DNA of 64,000 nt from Anaeromyxobacteraceae bacterium (lineage in GTDB: Bacteria; Myxococcota; Myxococcia; Myxococcales; Anaeromyxobacteraceae), in contig JASGHJ010000001.1 in assembly GCA_047602405.1 (NCBI GenBank), positions 1,568,001 to 1,632,000 of the forward strand, read 5' to 3'. Below are positions 27,698 through 36,736 of the stretch, one piece after another. A program made the position numbers and the translations under genes. A model generated the notes under the pieces. The model saw only the letters and a list, made by a program, of their open reading frames with translations. It did not search any database and was not told the DNA's origin. Numbering within the stretch: the first letter of the stretch is position 1; each line of letters begins with the position of its first letter.

Positions 27698-30600
27698 CAG
27701 GCCTCCGACGCGAGCAGCGCCACCGGGAAGTCCTCCCAGAGGCGCGCGAGCGCCATCGTACCGCCTTCGCGCCGCTCGCCCGAGATCACGTCCGTCCACC
27801 GGCCCGGGAGGCCCCCCGGCAGCGGCAGCGCCGCGTCCCACCGCGCCCGGCCCCCGCCGGCCTCGAGCGCCCCGAGCACGAGCCGCGGCACCGCGCAGAC
27901 GACCGCGCCCGTCGCGTGCACCCGCGCGAACGCGAAGACGTGCGCCGCGTCGGGCCCCTCCGCCCGGAGCGGCCAGTGCTCGCCCTCGAGGAACAGCGCC
28001 GGCCGGTCCCGCCTCAGCCGCAGCCCGCAGGCGAGCAGCCACAGCTTGGCGCGCCCGTCCGCGAGCACCCCCGGCGACGAGAGCGTGCGGGCGAGCGCGG
28101 CCCGCGCGCCCGGGCCGGCCGCGGCCTGCGCGTCGAGCGCCGCGAGGAGCGCGCGCCGCCGCTCGAAGTCGACCGGGCGCCGGTTGTCGGGGTCGACGAG
28201 CGACAGGTCCCACAGCTCGGTGCCCTGGTACACGTCCGGCACGCCTGGCGCCGCGCACTTCAGCGCCGTGAGCGCGAGCGACGAGACCCGCGCGGCCGGG
28301 GCGACCCGCGCCGCGAGCGCCCGGAGCTCGGCGAGGAAGGTCGCCGAGCCGAGCGCGCGCGCCACGAACGCCCGCACCCCGGCCTCGTAGGCCTCGTCGG
28401 GGTTCGTCCAGCTCGTGTGCACCTTCGCCTCGCGGATGGCCTTCTCCATGTAGGCCTGCACCCGCGCGACGAGCTCGGCGTGGTCGGGCGTGCCGGGCTC
28501 GAGCGGCGCGTGGGGCATGACGCCGAGGAGCGTCTGGTAGAGGAGGAGCTCGTCGACCCGGTCCGGCGCGGGGGTGCCGTCGGAGGCGCCGCGCAGCCCG
28601 CGGTTGAGCCTCGACCAGCGCGCGACGCGGGCGGCCCACTCCTGCGGCAGCTCCGAGAGCGCCGAGATGCGCAGGCGCACGTCCTCGCTGCGCTTCGTGT
28701 CGTGGGTGGAGGTGGCCGACAGGGAGGCCGGGAACCGCTCGCGCCGCTCGGCGAGGAGCGCGTGCAGCCCGTCGGGCGTGGTGCCGAAGCGGTCGGGCGC
28801 GCCGCCGACCTCGTTGAGCGAGGCGAGCCGCACGTCGGTGTAGAACGCGGTGTCCTCGACCGCCTTCGCGGTCACCGGGCCGGTCACCTGCTGGAGCTTC
28901 AGCGTGAGCTCGAGCCACTCCGCGCGCTCCGCCTCCGAGAGGCCCTGCGGGTAGCGCTGCAGGAGCACGTCGCGGAGGAAGTCGAACACCGAGGCGTCCA
29001 CCACCGGGCTGCGCCGCCGGGCCCGGGCCGCGGTGCGCTCGACGAGGTCCCGGTCGCGGTCCTCGACCTCGCCGCGTCGGGTGACGTAGGTGCGGTAGAC
29101 GGGGAAGAGCGCGACGAACTCCACGAGCGCGAGGGTCAGCTCGGCGCGGGTGAAGTCGCGGGTGTTGCGGTTCATCTCGGAGAGGCGGTCGAGCCGGTGC
29201 GCGAGCACGTGGATCTCGCTCGCCATCGAGGACGACATGACGAGCCGCTTCTTCTCCGCGGCCGTCTCCTCGAAGCGCGTGCGGCGCCCCGAGACCCTGA
29301 GCCAGAGCCGCTCGAGCGGACGCTCCGCGGCGGCGTCCACGAACAGGCCGCTCGCCGCGGCGAGGAACTCGTAGCCGGTGGTGCCGTCGACGTCCCAGCC
29401 CTCCGGCATCGCCTCCGCGCCGACGAGCACCTTCTCGGCGACCACGTAGAGCGGCCGCGGCGGGAGCCGCCCCGCCTCGAGCGCCTCGAACAGCGCCCCG
29501 AGGAGCGCGTCGTCGTCGGCCCGCGCGCCGTCGCCGTCCGCGAGGCGCCGGGCGAGGCGGAGCAGGTGCGCGGCCTGCAGCCGGCGGAAGTACGCGGGCG
29601 GCGCGTAGAGGCCGTCGGGGTGGTCGATGCGCAGGCCGGTGACGAGCCCGTCCCGCACGAGGTCGAGCACGAGGCGGTGCGCGTCGGCGAAGACGCGCGG
29701 CTCCTCCATCCGGATCGCCGCGAGGCCGTTCACGTCGAAGAAGCGCCGGTAGTTGATCTCCTCGCCGGCGACCCGCCAGAAGGCGAGCCGGTAGGCCTGC
29801 AGCCCGAGCAGGTGCTCGAGCGCGTCGAAGCTGCGCGGGTCGCCGGGCGTGCCGTTCAGGCGGCGCACGTTCTCGTCGAGGTGCTCGCGCACCGGGGCCG
29901 ACGACTCGCAGAGCGCCGCGAGCCGCCGCTTCGCGACCTCCTTCTCGCGGGCCCGGTCCGCGATCGCCTCGGGGCGGGTGTCGATGCGGGGCGCGAGCTT
30001 CTCGAGCGACGCCGCCACCGACTCGAGCTCCATGATCGCCGGGTGCCCCTCGCCGAGCCGCGCGCGCAGGGCGTCGAGGCCGAGCCGCAGCACCGACGGC
30101 ACCGAGCGCGGCGCGACCGGGAAGCAGTGGTCGAAGTACCGGATCCAGAACGCGCCGCCGTCGCGCTCGAGCGCGAGCTCGCCGCGCTCGAGGACCTTGC
30201 CGAACTGGTCGCCCAGCACCGGCACGAGCACCTTGTTCGCGAGCTCGGCCTCGAGCGGCGCCCAGTCCACGTCGAAGGCCGGCGCGTGCACCGAGGACGG
30301 GCCGTTCTCGAGGACGTCCATCCACCACGCGTTGTGGCGGCCGATGCCCATGTGGTTGGGCACGAAGTCGACGAGCACGCCGAGGCCGCGCTCGCGGCAG
30401 GCGAGCGCGAGCCGGCGGAAGGCCTCCTCGCCGCCGAGCTCCGGGTTGAGCCGCCCGTGATCGACCACGTCGTAGCCGTGCGTCGAGCCCGGCGCGGCGG
30501 CCAGGATGGGCGACAGGTAGAGGTCGGAGACGCCGAGCGCCGCGAGGTACGGCACGATCTCGCGGGCGGCGTCGAAGCCGAAGCCGGCGTGGAGCTGGAG

Positions 30601-30699
30601 CCGGTAGGTGGCGGAGGGGCGGCGGGAGACGCCCTCGCCGCGGGCGAGCGCCGCCCCGAGGCTGGCGAGGATCCGGTCGACCGCTCCCTCGCCTGCCAC
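27697..30699 (-). CDS. treY: Malto-oligosyltrehalose synthase
   Basis: PSATYRLQ, STHGYDVVD, VPNHMG, INYRRFFD, GLRIDHPDGL and STHDTKRSEDVR motifs. Confidence 0.96.
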   Translation of the reverse strand: MAGEGAVDRILASLGAALARGEGVSRRPSATYRLQLHAGFGFDAAREIVPYLAALGVSDLYLSPILAAAPGSTHGYDVVDHGRLNPELGGEEAFRRLALACRERGLGVLVDFVPNHMGIGRHNAWWMDVLENGPSSVHAPAFDVDWAPLEAELANKVLVPVLGDQFGKVLERGELALERDGGAFWIRYFDHCFPVAPRSVPSVLRLGLDALRARLGEGHPAIMELESVAASLEKLAPRIDTRPEAIADRAREKEVAKRRLAALCESSAPVREHLDENVRRLNGTPGDPRSFDALEHLLGLQAYRLAFWRVAGEEINYRRFFDVNGLAAIRMEEPRVFADAHRLVLDLVRDGLVTGLRIDHPDGLYAPPAYFRRLQAAHLLRLARRLADGDGARADDDALLGALFEALEAGRLPPRPLYVVAEKVLVGAEAMPEGWDVDGTTGYEFLAAASGLFVDAAAERPLERLWLRVSGRRTRFEETAAEKKRLVMSSSMASEIHVLAHRLDRLSEMNRNTRDFTRAELTLALVEFVALFPVYRTYVTRRGEVEDRDRDLVERTAARARRRSPVVDASVFDFLRDVLLQRYPQGLSEAERAEWLELTLKLQQVTGPVTAKAVEDTAFYTDVRLASLNEVGGAPDRFGTTPDGLHALLAERRERFPASLSATSTHDTKRSEDVRLRISALSELPQEWAARVARWSRLNRGLRGASDGTPAPDRVDELLLYQTLLGVMPHAPLEPGTPDHAELVARVQAYMEKAIREAKVHTSWTNPDEAYEAGVRAFVARALGSATFLAELRALAARVAPAARVSSLALTALKCAAPGVPDVYQGTELWDLSLVDPDNRRPVDFERRRALLAALDAQAAAGPGARAALARTLSSPGVLADGRAKLWLLACGLRLRRDRPALFLEGEHWPLRAEGPDAAHVFAFARVHATGAVVCAVPRLVLGALEAGGGRARWDAALPLPGGLPGRWTDVISGERREGGTMALARLWEDFPVALLASEA

Positions 30700-30714
30700 C
30701 CTCCCGGCCGCTCC

Positions 30715-32277
30715 TTATCCGCCGCGCCGCCTCCCGGAGCGGGTCGCGAGCGCGGCCAGCCGCTCGCGCGAGCGGACGTCCGACCAAAGGGTGGTCAGGT
30801 CCATCGGCATCCGGTAGGTCCAGTTCGCGTCCGTCACCGTGCCCGGCACGTTCACGCGCTCGCGCGCGCCCATCGCGTCCTGGAAGGGGAGGAGCAACAG
30901 GTCGCTCCCCGCCCCGTAGACCATGTCGAGGAGCGCGTCGCGCACGCCCTCGTCGAACCGCGCCGGCGCGCGCTCGCGGACCGGCGCGAGCGCCGGCACC
31001 TGGAGGAGCGCCTTGCGCTCGTCGTCCTGCAGGGTCTCGTACCAGTCGGCGACCGAGTCGGTGTCGTGCGTGCCCGTGGTGGCGACCGAGAGCGGGGCCC
31101 AGCCGGCGGGATCGGTGAACGGCTGGCCGGGGTCGTGCCAGGCGCGCTCCCAGCGCTGGACCTTGTAGCCCGGGATGCCGAGCCGCTTCAGCGACTCGCG
31201 CACGAAGTCCGGCACCACGCCGAGGTCCTCGGCGATGATCCGCGCGCCCTTCGCGAACACGCCGAGCACCTGCTCGCCGTTCCGGATCTGGGCGGGCTCG
31301 GTGTCCGGCACGAACCTCGCTGGGCTCCCGTCGTTCGGGAAGGTGTAGGTGCGGTACAGCCCGATGACGTGGTCGACGCGGTACACGTCGTAGAGGTCGG
31401 CCATCCGGCGCGCGCGGGCGGAGAGCCACGGGTAGCCCTCCCTGTCCATCACGTCCCAGCGGTAGACCGGCAGGCCCCAGTCCTGGCCCGTGGCGCTGAA
31501 CGCGTCGGGCGGCACGCCCACCCGCGCGTCCATGCGGAAGTCACCGCGGCGCGACCAGACGTCGGCGGAGTCGCCCGCGACCATGAAGGGCAGGTCACCC
31601 GCGAGGTCGACGCCCGCGGCGTTCACGCCCTTGCGCGCCTCGCGCCACTGCAGGTCGAGCTGCCACTGCACCCAGGAGAGGAACAGGATCTTCCGGGCGT
31701 GGCGGCCGCGGGCCTCGTCGAGCGCCGCCGGGTGGCGCTCGCGCAGCGGCTCGGGCCACTCGGTCCAGGGGCGACCGCCCAGGTCGTCGTCGTGGAGCGC
31801 GACGAAGAGCGCGTAGTCGGGCAGCCAGGCCGCGTTCTCCTTCACGAACGCCTCGAGGGCCCGCGCGCGCGCGGTCCGCTGCTTCCACTCGTCTCGCTCG
31901 AAGCGGTCGAACGCGAGCGCCAGCGCCCGGCCCTTCAGCGCCCGCACGTCCGCCCAGCGGACCTTCGGCGAGGCGCGCACCTCGGCGAGGAGGCGCCGGT
32001 CGTAGTCGGAGAGGGCGGCCTCGCCGCCGGCCGCGTCGAGGTCGGGCAGCGCGGCGAGCGCCACGTAGACCGGGTCGAGCGCGAACGCGGAGAGCGCGCC
32101 GTACGGCGAGTCCTGCCCGCGCGACGCCTCGTTGACCGGGAGCACCTGCAGCATCGAGAAGCCGGCCCCGGCGGCCCAGCGGGCGAAGGGCACGAGGTCG
32201 GGGATCTCGCCGACGCCGGCGTCGGTCGCGGAGCGGAGGGAGAAGAGCGGGATGAGGACGCCGGCCTGACGTGGCAT
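30715..32277 (-). CDS. malQ: 4-alpha-glucanotransferase (GH77)
   Basis: AGVLIPLFSL, GVPPDAFSATGQDWG.P, YRVDHVIG, IAEDLG, GTHD and NVPGT motifs. Confidence 0.95.
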   Translation of the reverse strand: MPRQAGVLIPLFSLRSATDAGVGEIPDLVPFARWAAGAGFSMLQVLPVNEASRGQDSPYGALSAFALDPVYVALAALPDLDAAGGEAALSDYDRRLLAEVRASPKVRWADVRALKGRALALAFDRFERDEWKQRTARARALEAFVKENAAWLPDYALFVALHDDDLGGRPWTEWPEPLRERHPAALDEARGRHARKILFLSWVQWQLDLQWREARKGVNAAGVDLAGDLPFMVAGDSADVWSRRGDFRMDARVGVPPDAFSATGQDWGLPVYRWDVMDREGYPWLSARARRMADLYDVYRVDHVIGLYRTYTFPNDGSPARFVPDTEPAQIRNGEQVLGVFAKGARIIAEDLGVVPDFVRESLKRLGIPGYKVQRWERAWHDPGQPFTDPAGWAPLSVATTGTHDTDSVADWYETLQDDERKALLQVPALAPVRERAPARFDEGVRDALLDMVYGAGSDLLLLPFQDAMGARERVNVPGTVTDANWTYRMPMDLTTLWSDVRSRERLAALATRSGRRRGG

Positions 32278-32384
32278 GTGACCCTGGTGCTCCTGCAAGG
32301 CGGCGGCCCGGATGCCGGGCTTGTCTCCGCCGAGGTTGCCGGCATTATCAGCCCTCCAGCCCATCCGGCACCACTCGTTCGGGT

Positions 32385-33356
32385 ATGAGTCAGACGTCAC
32401 GCGGTCGTTTCGCCCCGTCGCCGACGGGACCCCTCCACCTCGGGAACGCCCGCACGGCGCTCCTGTCGTGGCTCGACGCGCGCGCGCGCGGCGGGCTCTA
32501 CGCCATGCGGGTGGAGGATCTCGACGGCCCGCGGGTGCGGCCCGGGCTCGAGGCCCGCATCCTCGCGGAGCTGCGCTGGCTCGGGCTGGACTGGGACGAG
32601 GGGCCGGACGTGGGCGGCACCGCGGCGCCCTACCGGCAGTCGCAGCGGACCGGGCGCTACGAGGAGGCCCTGGACCGGCTGCGCGCGGCGGGGCGCGCGT
32701 ACCCGTGCTTCTGCTCGCGCGCCGAGATCGCGCTCGCGAGCCAGGCGCCGCACGGCCCCTCCGACGAGGGGCCACGCTACCCGGGCACCTGCAGCCGGCT
32801 CGGGCCGGAGGAGGTCCGGGCCCGCTCCGCGTCCCGCCGGCCGGCGTGGCGGCTCCGCGCTCCGGAGGGCGAGGTGGCGTTCGAGGACGGCGTCCACGGG
32901 CCGCAGCGGTTCGACGTCTCCTCGACGGTGGGCGACTTCGTCGTCATGCGGGCGGACGGTGTCGCCGCGTACCAGCTCGCGGTCGCGGTGGACGACGCGG
33001 CGATGGAGGTGACGGACGTCGTGCGCGGCGACGACCTCCTCGCGTCGACCGCGCGCCAGCTCCTCGTGCTGCGCGCGCTGGGCCTGCCGGCGCCGCGGTA
33101 CGGCCACGTGCCGCTCCTCCTCGGGGAGGACGGGCAGCGGCTCGCGAAGCGGCACGGGGCGCGCTCGCTCGGGGAGCTGCGGGAGGCGGGCGCGGATCCA
33201 CGCGCGGTGGTGGGCGTGCTCGCGGCCTCGGCCGGGCTCGCGGAGCCCGGCGCGCGCCTCTGGCCGTCCGAGCTCGTGGCCGGCTTCTCGCTGGCGCGGC
33301 TCGACCGGGCCGCCGCCGTGCTGCGCACCGCCGACGTCGAGGCGCTCGTGAGGTAG
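32385..33356 (+). CDS. gluQ: tRNA glutamyl-Q(34) synthetase
   Basis: RFAPSPTGPLHLGN, CFCSR, YPGTC, YQLAV.VDD and RLAKRHG; no anticodon-binding domain. Confidence 0.92.
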   Translation: MSQTSRGRFAPSPTGPLHLGNARTALLSWLDARARGGLYAMRVEDLDGPRVRPGLEARILAELRWLGLDWDEGPDVGGTAAPYRQSQRTGRYEEALDRLRAAGRAYPCFCSRAEIALASQAPHGPSDEGPRYPGTCSRLGPEEVRARSASRRPAWRLRAPEGEVAFEDGVHGPQRFDVSSTVGDFVVMRADGVAAYQLAVAVDDAAMEVTDVVRGDDLLASTARQLLVLRALGLPAPRYGHVPLLLGEDGQRLAKRHGARSLGELREAGADPRAVVGVLAASAGLAEPGARLWPSELVAGFSLARLDRAAAVLRTADVEALVR

Positions 33357-33369
33357 AGTCGACGCCCCG

Positions 33370-33951
33370 ATGGCGCTCCTCCGCTCGAAGACCCCGGACG
33401 GCTGGCTCGACGTCGCGCTCGGCGCGATGGACCTCACGCTCTCCGACCACGCCCACCTCGAGAAGAAGGCCGCCGCGAGCGCGCTGAAGCTCGTCGCCGA
33501 CCACCCGGACCGGCCCGGCCTCGTGCGCCCGCTCGCGAAGCTCGCGCAGGAGGAGCTGCAGCACTTCCTCGCGGTGCTGACCGAGCTCGGCCGCCTCGGG
33601 CACCCGCTCCGGCCGGACGAGGGCGATCCCTACGCCCAGCAGCTCCGCCGGCTCGTGCGGAGCGGCGGCGTGGAGCGGCTCGTGGATCGGCTGCTCGTGG
33701 GCGCGCTCATCGAGGCGCGCAGCTGCGAGCGGCTGTTCCTGCTCGCGGAGGGGCTCGCGCGGCCGGGCGGCGATCCCCGGCTCGCCGAGCTCTACGACCG
33801 GCTCGCGCGGAGCGAGGGCGGGCACGAGACGCTGTTCCTGGATCTCGCGCGCGAGGTCGGCGGCGCGGCGGTCGACGCGCGCGCCGACGCGATGGCGGAG
33901 GCGGAGGCGGCGATCGCGGCGGAGCTGCCGGTCCTCGCGAGGATCCACTGA
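33370..33951 (+). CDS. miaE: tRNA-(ms2io6A) hydroxylase
   Basis: DHAHLEKKAA, EEL.HF, LIEARSCERL and SE.GH di-iron motifs. Confidence 0.92.
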   Translation: MALLRSKTPDGWLDVALGAMDLTLSDHAHLEKKAAASALKLVADHPDRPGLVRPLAKLAQEELQHFLAVLTELGRLGHPLRPDEGDPYAQQLRRLVRSGGVERLVDRLLVGALIEARSCERLFLLAEGLARPGGDPRLAELYDRLARSEGGHETLFLDLAREVGGAAVDARADAMAEAEAAIAAELPVLARIH

Positions 33952-33957
33952 CTCCCT

Positions 33958-34007
33958 CCCTCGTCTCCGGCCCGCCTGCGGCGGGCCTACGCTCGCGATG
34001 AGCGGAC
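33958..34007 (+). repeat. Repeat family A overlapping the MCP stop codon
   Basis: CCCTCGTCTCCGGCCCGCCTGCGGCGGGCCTACGCTCGCGATGAGCGG. Confidence 0.85.
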
Positions 34008-36605
34008 GAGGGAGTCGGACGCGTCGTGTTCCTCGAACGCGGTCGGGTGCGGGAGCGCGGGCTGCCCGGGCGCCGCCTCGTCGCCGAGCTTGAACTGGTT
34101 CACGAGCTCCTGGAGCGTCGCGGCCTGCGAGGACAGCTCGGCGGCGGCGGAGGAGGACTCCTCGGCGGACGCGGCGTTCTGCTGGGTCACCTTGTCCATC
34201 TCGAGGACCGACCGGCCGACCGCGGCCACGCCCTTCGCCTGGTCGCCCGTGGCGGCCGCGATCTTCTCGACGAGGCCGGTCACCTCGCCCACGCCGCTCA
34301 CGATGCGGCCGAGCCGCTCGCCGACCAGCTTCGAGGCGGCGTCGCCCGCGTTCGCGTGCTGCACCGACTCCTCGATGAGCTGGGAGGTGTGGCGCGCGGC
34401 GGTCTTCGCGCGCAGGGCGAGGTTGCGCACCTCCTCGGCGACGACCGCGAAGCCGCGGCCGGCCTCGCCGGCCCGGGCGGCCTCCACGGCGGCGTTGAGC
34501 GCGAGGAGGTTCGTCTGGAAGGCGATGTCGTCGATGTCGCGGATGATCCGGCGCGTGCCGTCCGCGCCGGTGCGGATCTTCTCCATCACCGCCTGCATCT
34601 CGGACATGGCGGACGCGCCCTCGGTCGCGTGCTCGCGCGCGGCGCGCACGAGGCCGTTCGCGCTGGCGGCGCTCGCGGCGGACTCCCGGGTCGAGCGCTC
34701 CACCGAGGACACCGTGGTGGTGGTCTCCTCGAGCGCCGCGGCCTGCTGGGACGCGCCCGCGGCGACCGCCTGCGAGGAGGAGGCGATCTGGGCGGCGGCG
34801 CCGTTCACCTGCGAGGCGGCGTCCGCGACCTTGCGGATGGCGAGCTGGAGGGCCTCCGCGGTGGAGTTCACCGCGCCGGAGAGCCGGGCGTGGTCGCCCA
34901 TGAAGAAGCCCTCGACGCGGGCCGTGAGGTCGTGCTTCGCGACGCGCTCGAGCGCCTCGGTGGCGGCCGTGCTGGTGGACGTGACGCCGTCGAGGACGCT
35001 GTTCATGCCGTCGATGATGGCGCGGTAGTCGCCCGCGTGCCGGGACGGGTCGGCGCGCTGCGAGAGCATGCCGAGCTCGGCGGCGCTCGCGAGGTTCGAG
35101 ACGTCCTCGAGGAGGCGGCCGATGGCGTCGCCGCTCGCGATGAGGCCTTCCTTGAGCGGCGCGAGGTCTCCCCGGAACTCGATGTCGAGCGGCGGCGGGC
35201 GCACGCCGTGGCCGAGCGACTCGACGAAGCGGGTCGCGGCGACGGTGGGGCCGGCGAGGGCCTCGAGGGCGCCGTTCATGCCCTCGACGATGGCGCGGTA
35301 GTCGCCGGGGTGGCGCGTGGCGTCGGCGCGCACGTCGAGCCGCCCCTCGCGCGCGGCCTCGGCGAGGTGCCCCGCGTCGTCGACGAGCGCCTCGAGCGAG
35401 TCGATGCACCGGTCGAGGTTGGCCTTCAGCTCCGCGAAGTCGCCGCGCCAGGCGGTGGCGGTCGCGGCGGGGATCCGCCCCGCGGCGAGCTCGGCGACCG
35501 CGGCGGCGGAGGCCTGGATGGGGCCGACGACCGCGTCCAGCGTGTCGTTGACGCCCTTCACGATGCGGCGGAAGTCGCCCTGGTGGCGCGAGATGTCGGC
35601 GCGCACGGAGAGGCGGCCCTCGACGCCCGCGGCGGCCAGCACCGTGGAGTCCTCCACGAGGTGGTTCACCGCGTCGATGCAGCGGTTGAGCGAGGCGCGG
35701 ATCTCGTCGAAGTCGCCCGGGTACGGCTCCTCGATGCGCCCGGGCACGTCGCCGCGGGAGAGCCGGTCCAGGCTCGCCCCCGCCAGGTAGAGCGGCTCGA
35801 CGAACGCGTCGAGCGCCGCGTTCTGGTCCTGGATGGCGGACCTGAAGTCGGGGTGGACCTTCTCCGGGTCGGCGCGTTCGCCGAGCCGGCCGGCGGCGAT
35901 GGCCTCGGCCGCGCTGCGGCTCGCCTGCGAGATGCCCGTCACCGCGTCGGAGACAATCCGCGAGAGGCGCCAGGCGACGAAGCCGGCGAACCCGCCGAGG
36001 AGCACGAGGCCGGCGAGCATCACGAACGCGCTCGCGACGAGCGTCCGGCGCGCCTCCGCCTCGAGCTCGGACGCGCGCGCCTCGAGGAGGTTCACGAGCC
36101 TGTCCGAGGCGGTGCGGTGCTGCGCGTAGGCGGCCTTCGCGGCGTCGAGGGCCGCGAGCGCCTTCATCGCGTCGGAGTCCTCCATCGCCTTCGCGAGGTC
36201 GCCGCTCTTCGCGAAGACCACCGCGGCCGGCGCGTGGGCGGCCTCGAGCGCGGCGGCGAGCTCGGGATCGAGCCCGGTGGAGCGCCAGTGCGCCACGGCG
36301 TCCTCGTGGGCCTTCCGCTGGCGGCCGATGGACTCGACGATGACCGCGCGCTTCGCGCCGTCGTACTCCTGCGCGAGCTTCAGCAGCTCACCCTGCGTCT
36401 CGAGCGCGTACAGCGGCGGGGGCACCACGTCGGCGAGGAAGTCCTTCGACGCGATGACGCGCCCGTACAGCGCGCCGCCCACGGCCACCCGCAGGGCGGG
36501 CACGTAGACCATGACCGCGGCGGCGAGCATGCCGCCGACGACCAGGAGGGCGAGCGCCTGGACGGCACGCGCGAGGGAGAGACGGTCGAGAAGGGTGAGG
36601 CGCAT
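33987..36605 (-). CDS. Methyl-accepting chemotaxis protein with multiple HAMP repeats
   Basis: Two TM segments, repeated H.GD(F/Y)R.I..G.N HAMP units, [30 protein letters not shown]. Confidence 0.95.
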   Translation of the reverse strand: MRLTLLDRLSLARAVQALALLVVGGMLAAAVMVYVPALRVAVGGALYGRVIASKDFLADVVPPPLYALETQGELLKLAQEYDGAKRAVIVESIGRQRKAHEDAVAHWRSTGLDPELAAALEAAHAPAAVVFAKSGDLAKAMEDSDAMKALAALDAAKAAYAQHRTASDRLVNLLEARASELEAEARRTLVASAFVMLAGLVLLGGFAGFVAWRLSRIVSDAVTGISQASRSAAEAIAAGRLGERADPEKVHPDFRSAIQDQNAALDAFVEPLYLAGASLDRLSRGDVPGRIEEPYPGDFDEIRASLNRCIDAVNHLVEDSTVLAAAGVEGRLSVRADISRHQGDFRRIVKGVNDTLDAVVGPIQASAAAVAELAAGRIPAATATAWRGDFAELKANLDRCIDSLEALVDDAGHLAEAAREGRLDVRADATRHPGDYRAIVEGMNGALEALAGPTVAATRFVESLGHGVRPPPLDIEFRGDLAPLKEGLIASGDAIGRLLEDVSNLASAAELGMLSQRADPSRHAGDYRAIIDGMNSVLDGVTSTSTAATEALERVAKHDLTARVEGFFMGDHARLSGAVNSTAEALQLAIRKVADAASQVNGAAAQIASSSQAVAAGASQQAAALEETTTTVSSVERSTRESAASAASANGLVRAAREHATEGASAMSEMQAVMEKIRTGADGTRRIIRDIDDIAFQTNLLALNAAVEAARAGEAGRGFAVVAEEVRNLALRAKTAARHTSQLIEESVQHANAGDAASKLVGERLGRIVSGVGEVTGLVEKIAAATGDQAKGVAAVGRSVLEMDKVTQQNAASAEESSSAAAELSSQAATLQELVNQFKLGDEAAPGQPALPHPTAFEEHDASDSLVRSSRA

Positions 36606-36736
36606 GGGGGGGCCGAGACCTCCACCCCCCGCGATCGCACGAACCCTGCCAGCCCAGGTGGGACTCAACTCCGCGTAACTGTGCCCCGTTTACTGGGAGG
36701 GCGCGGGTCCCCGGGACCCCGGGGTGCCCCGCGCGC

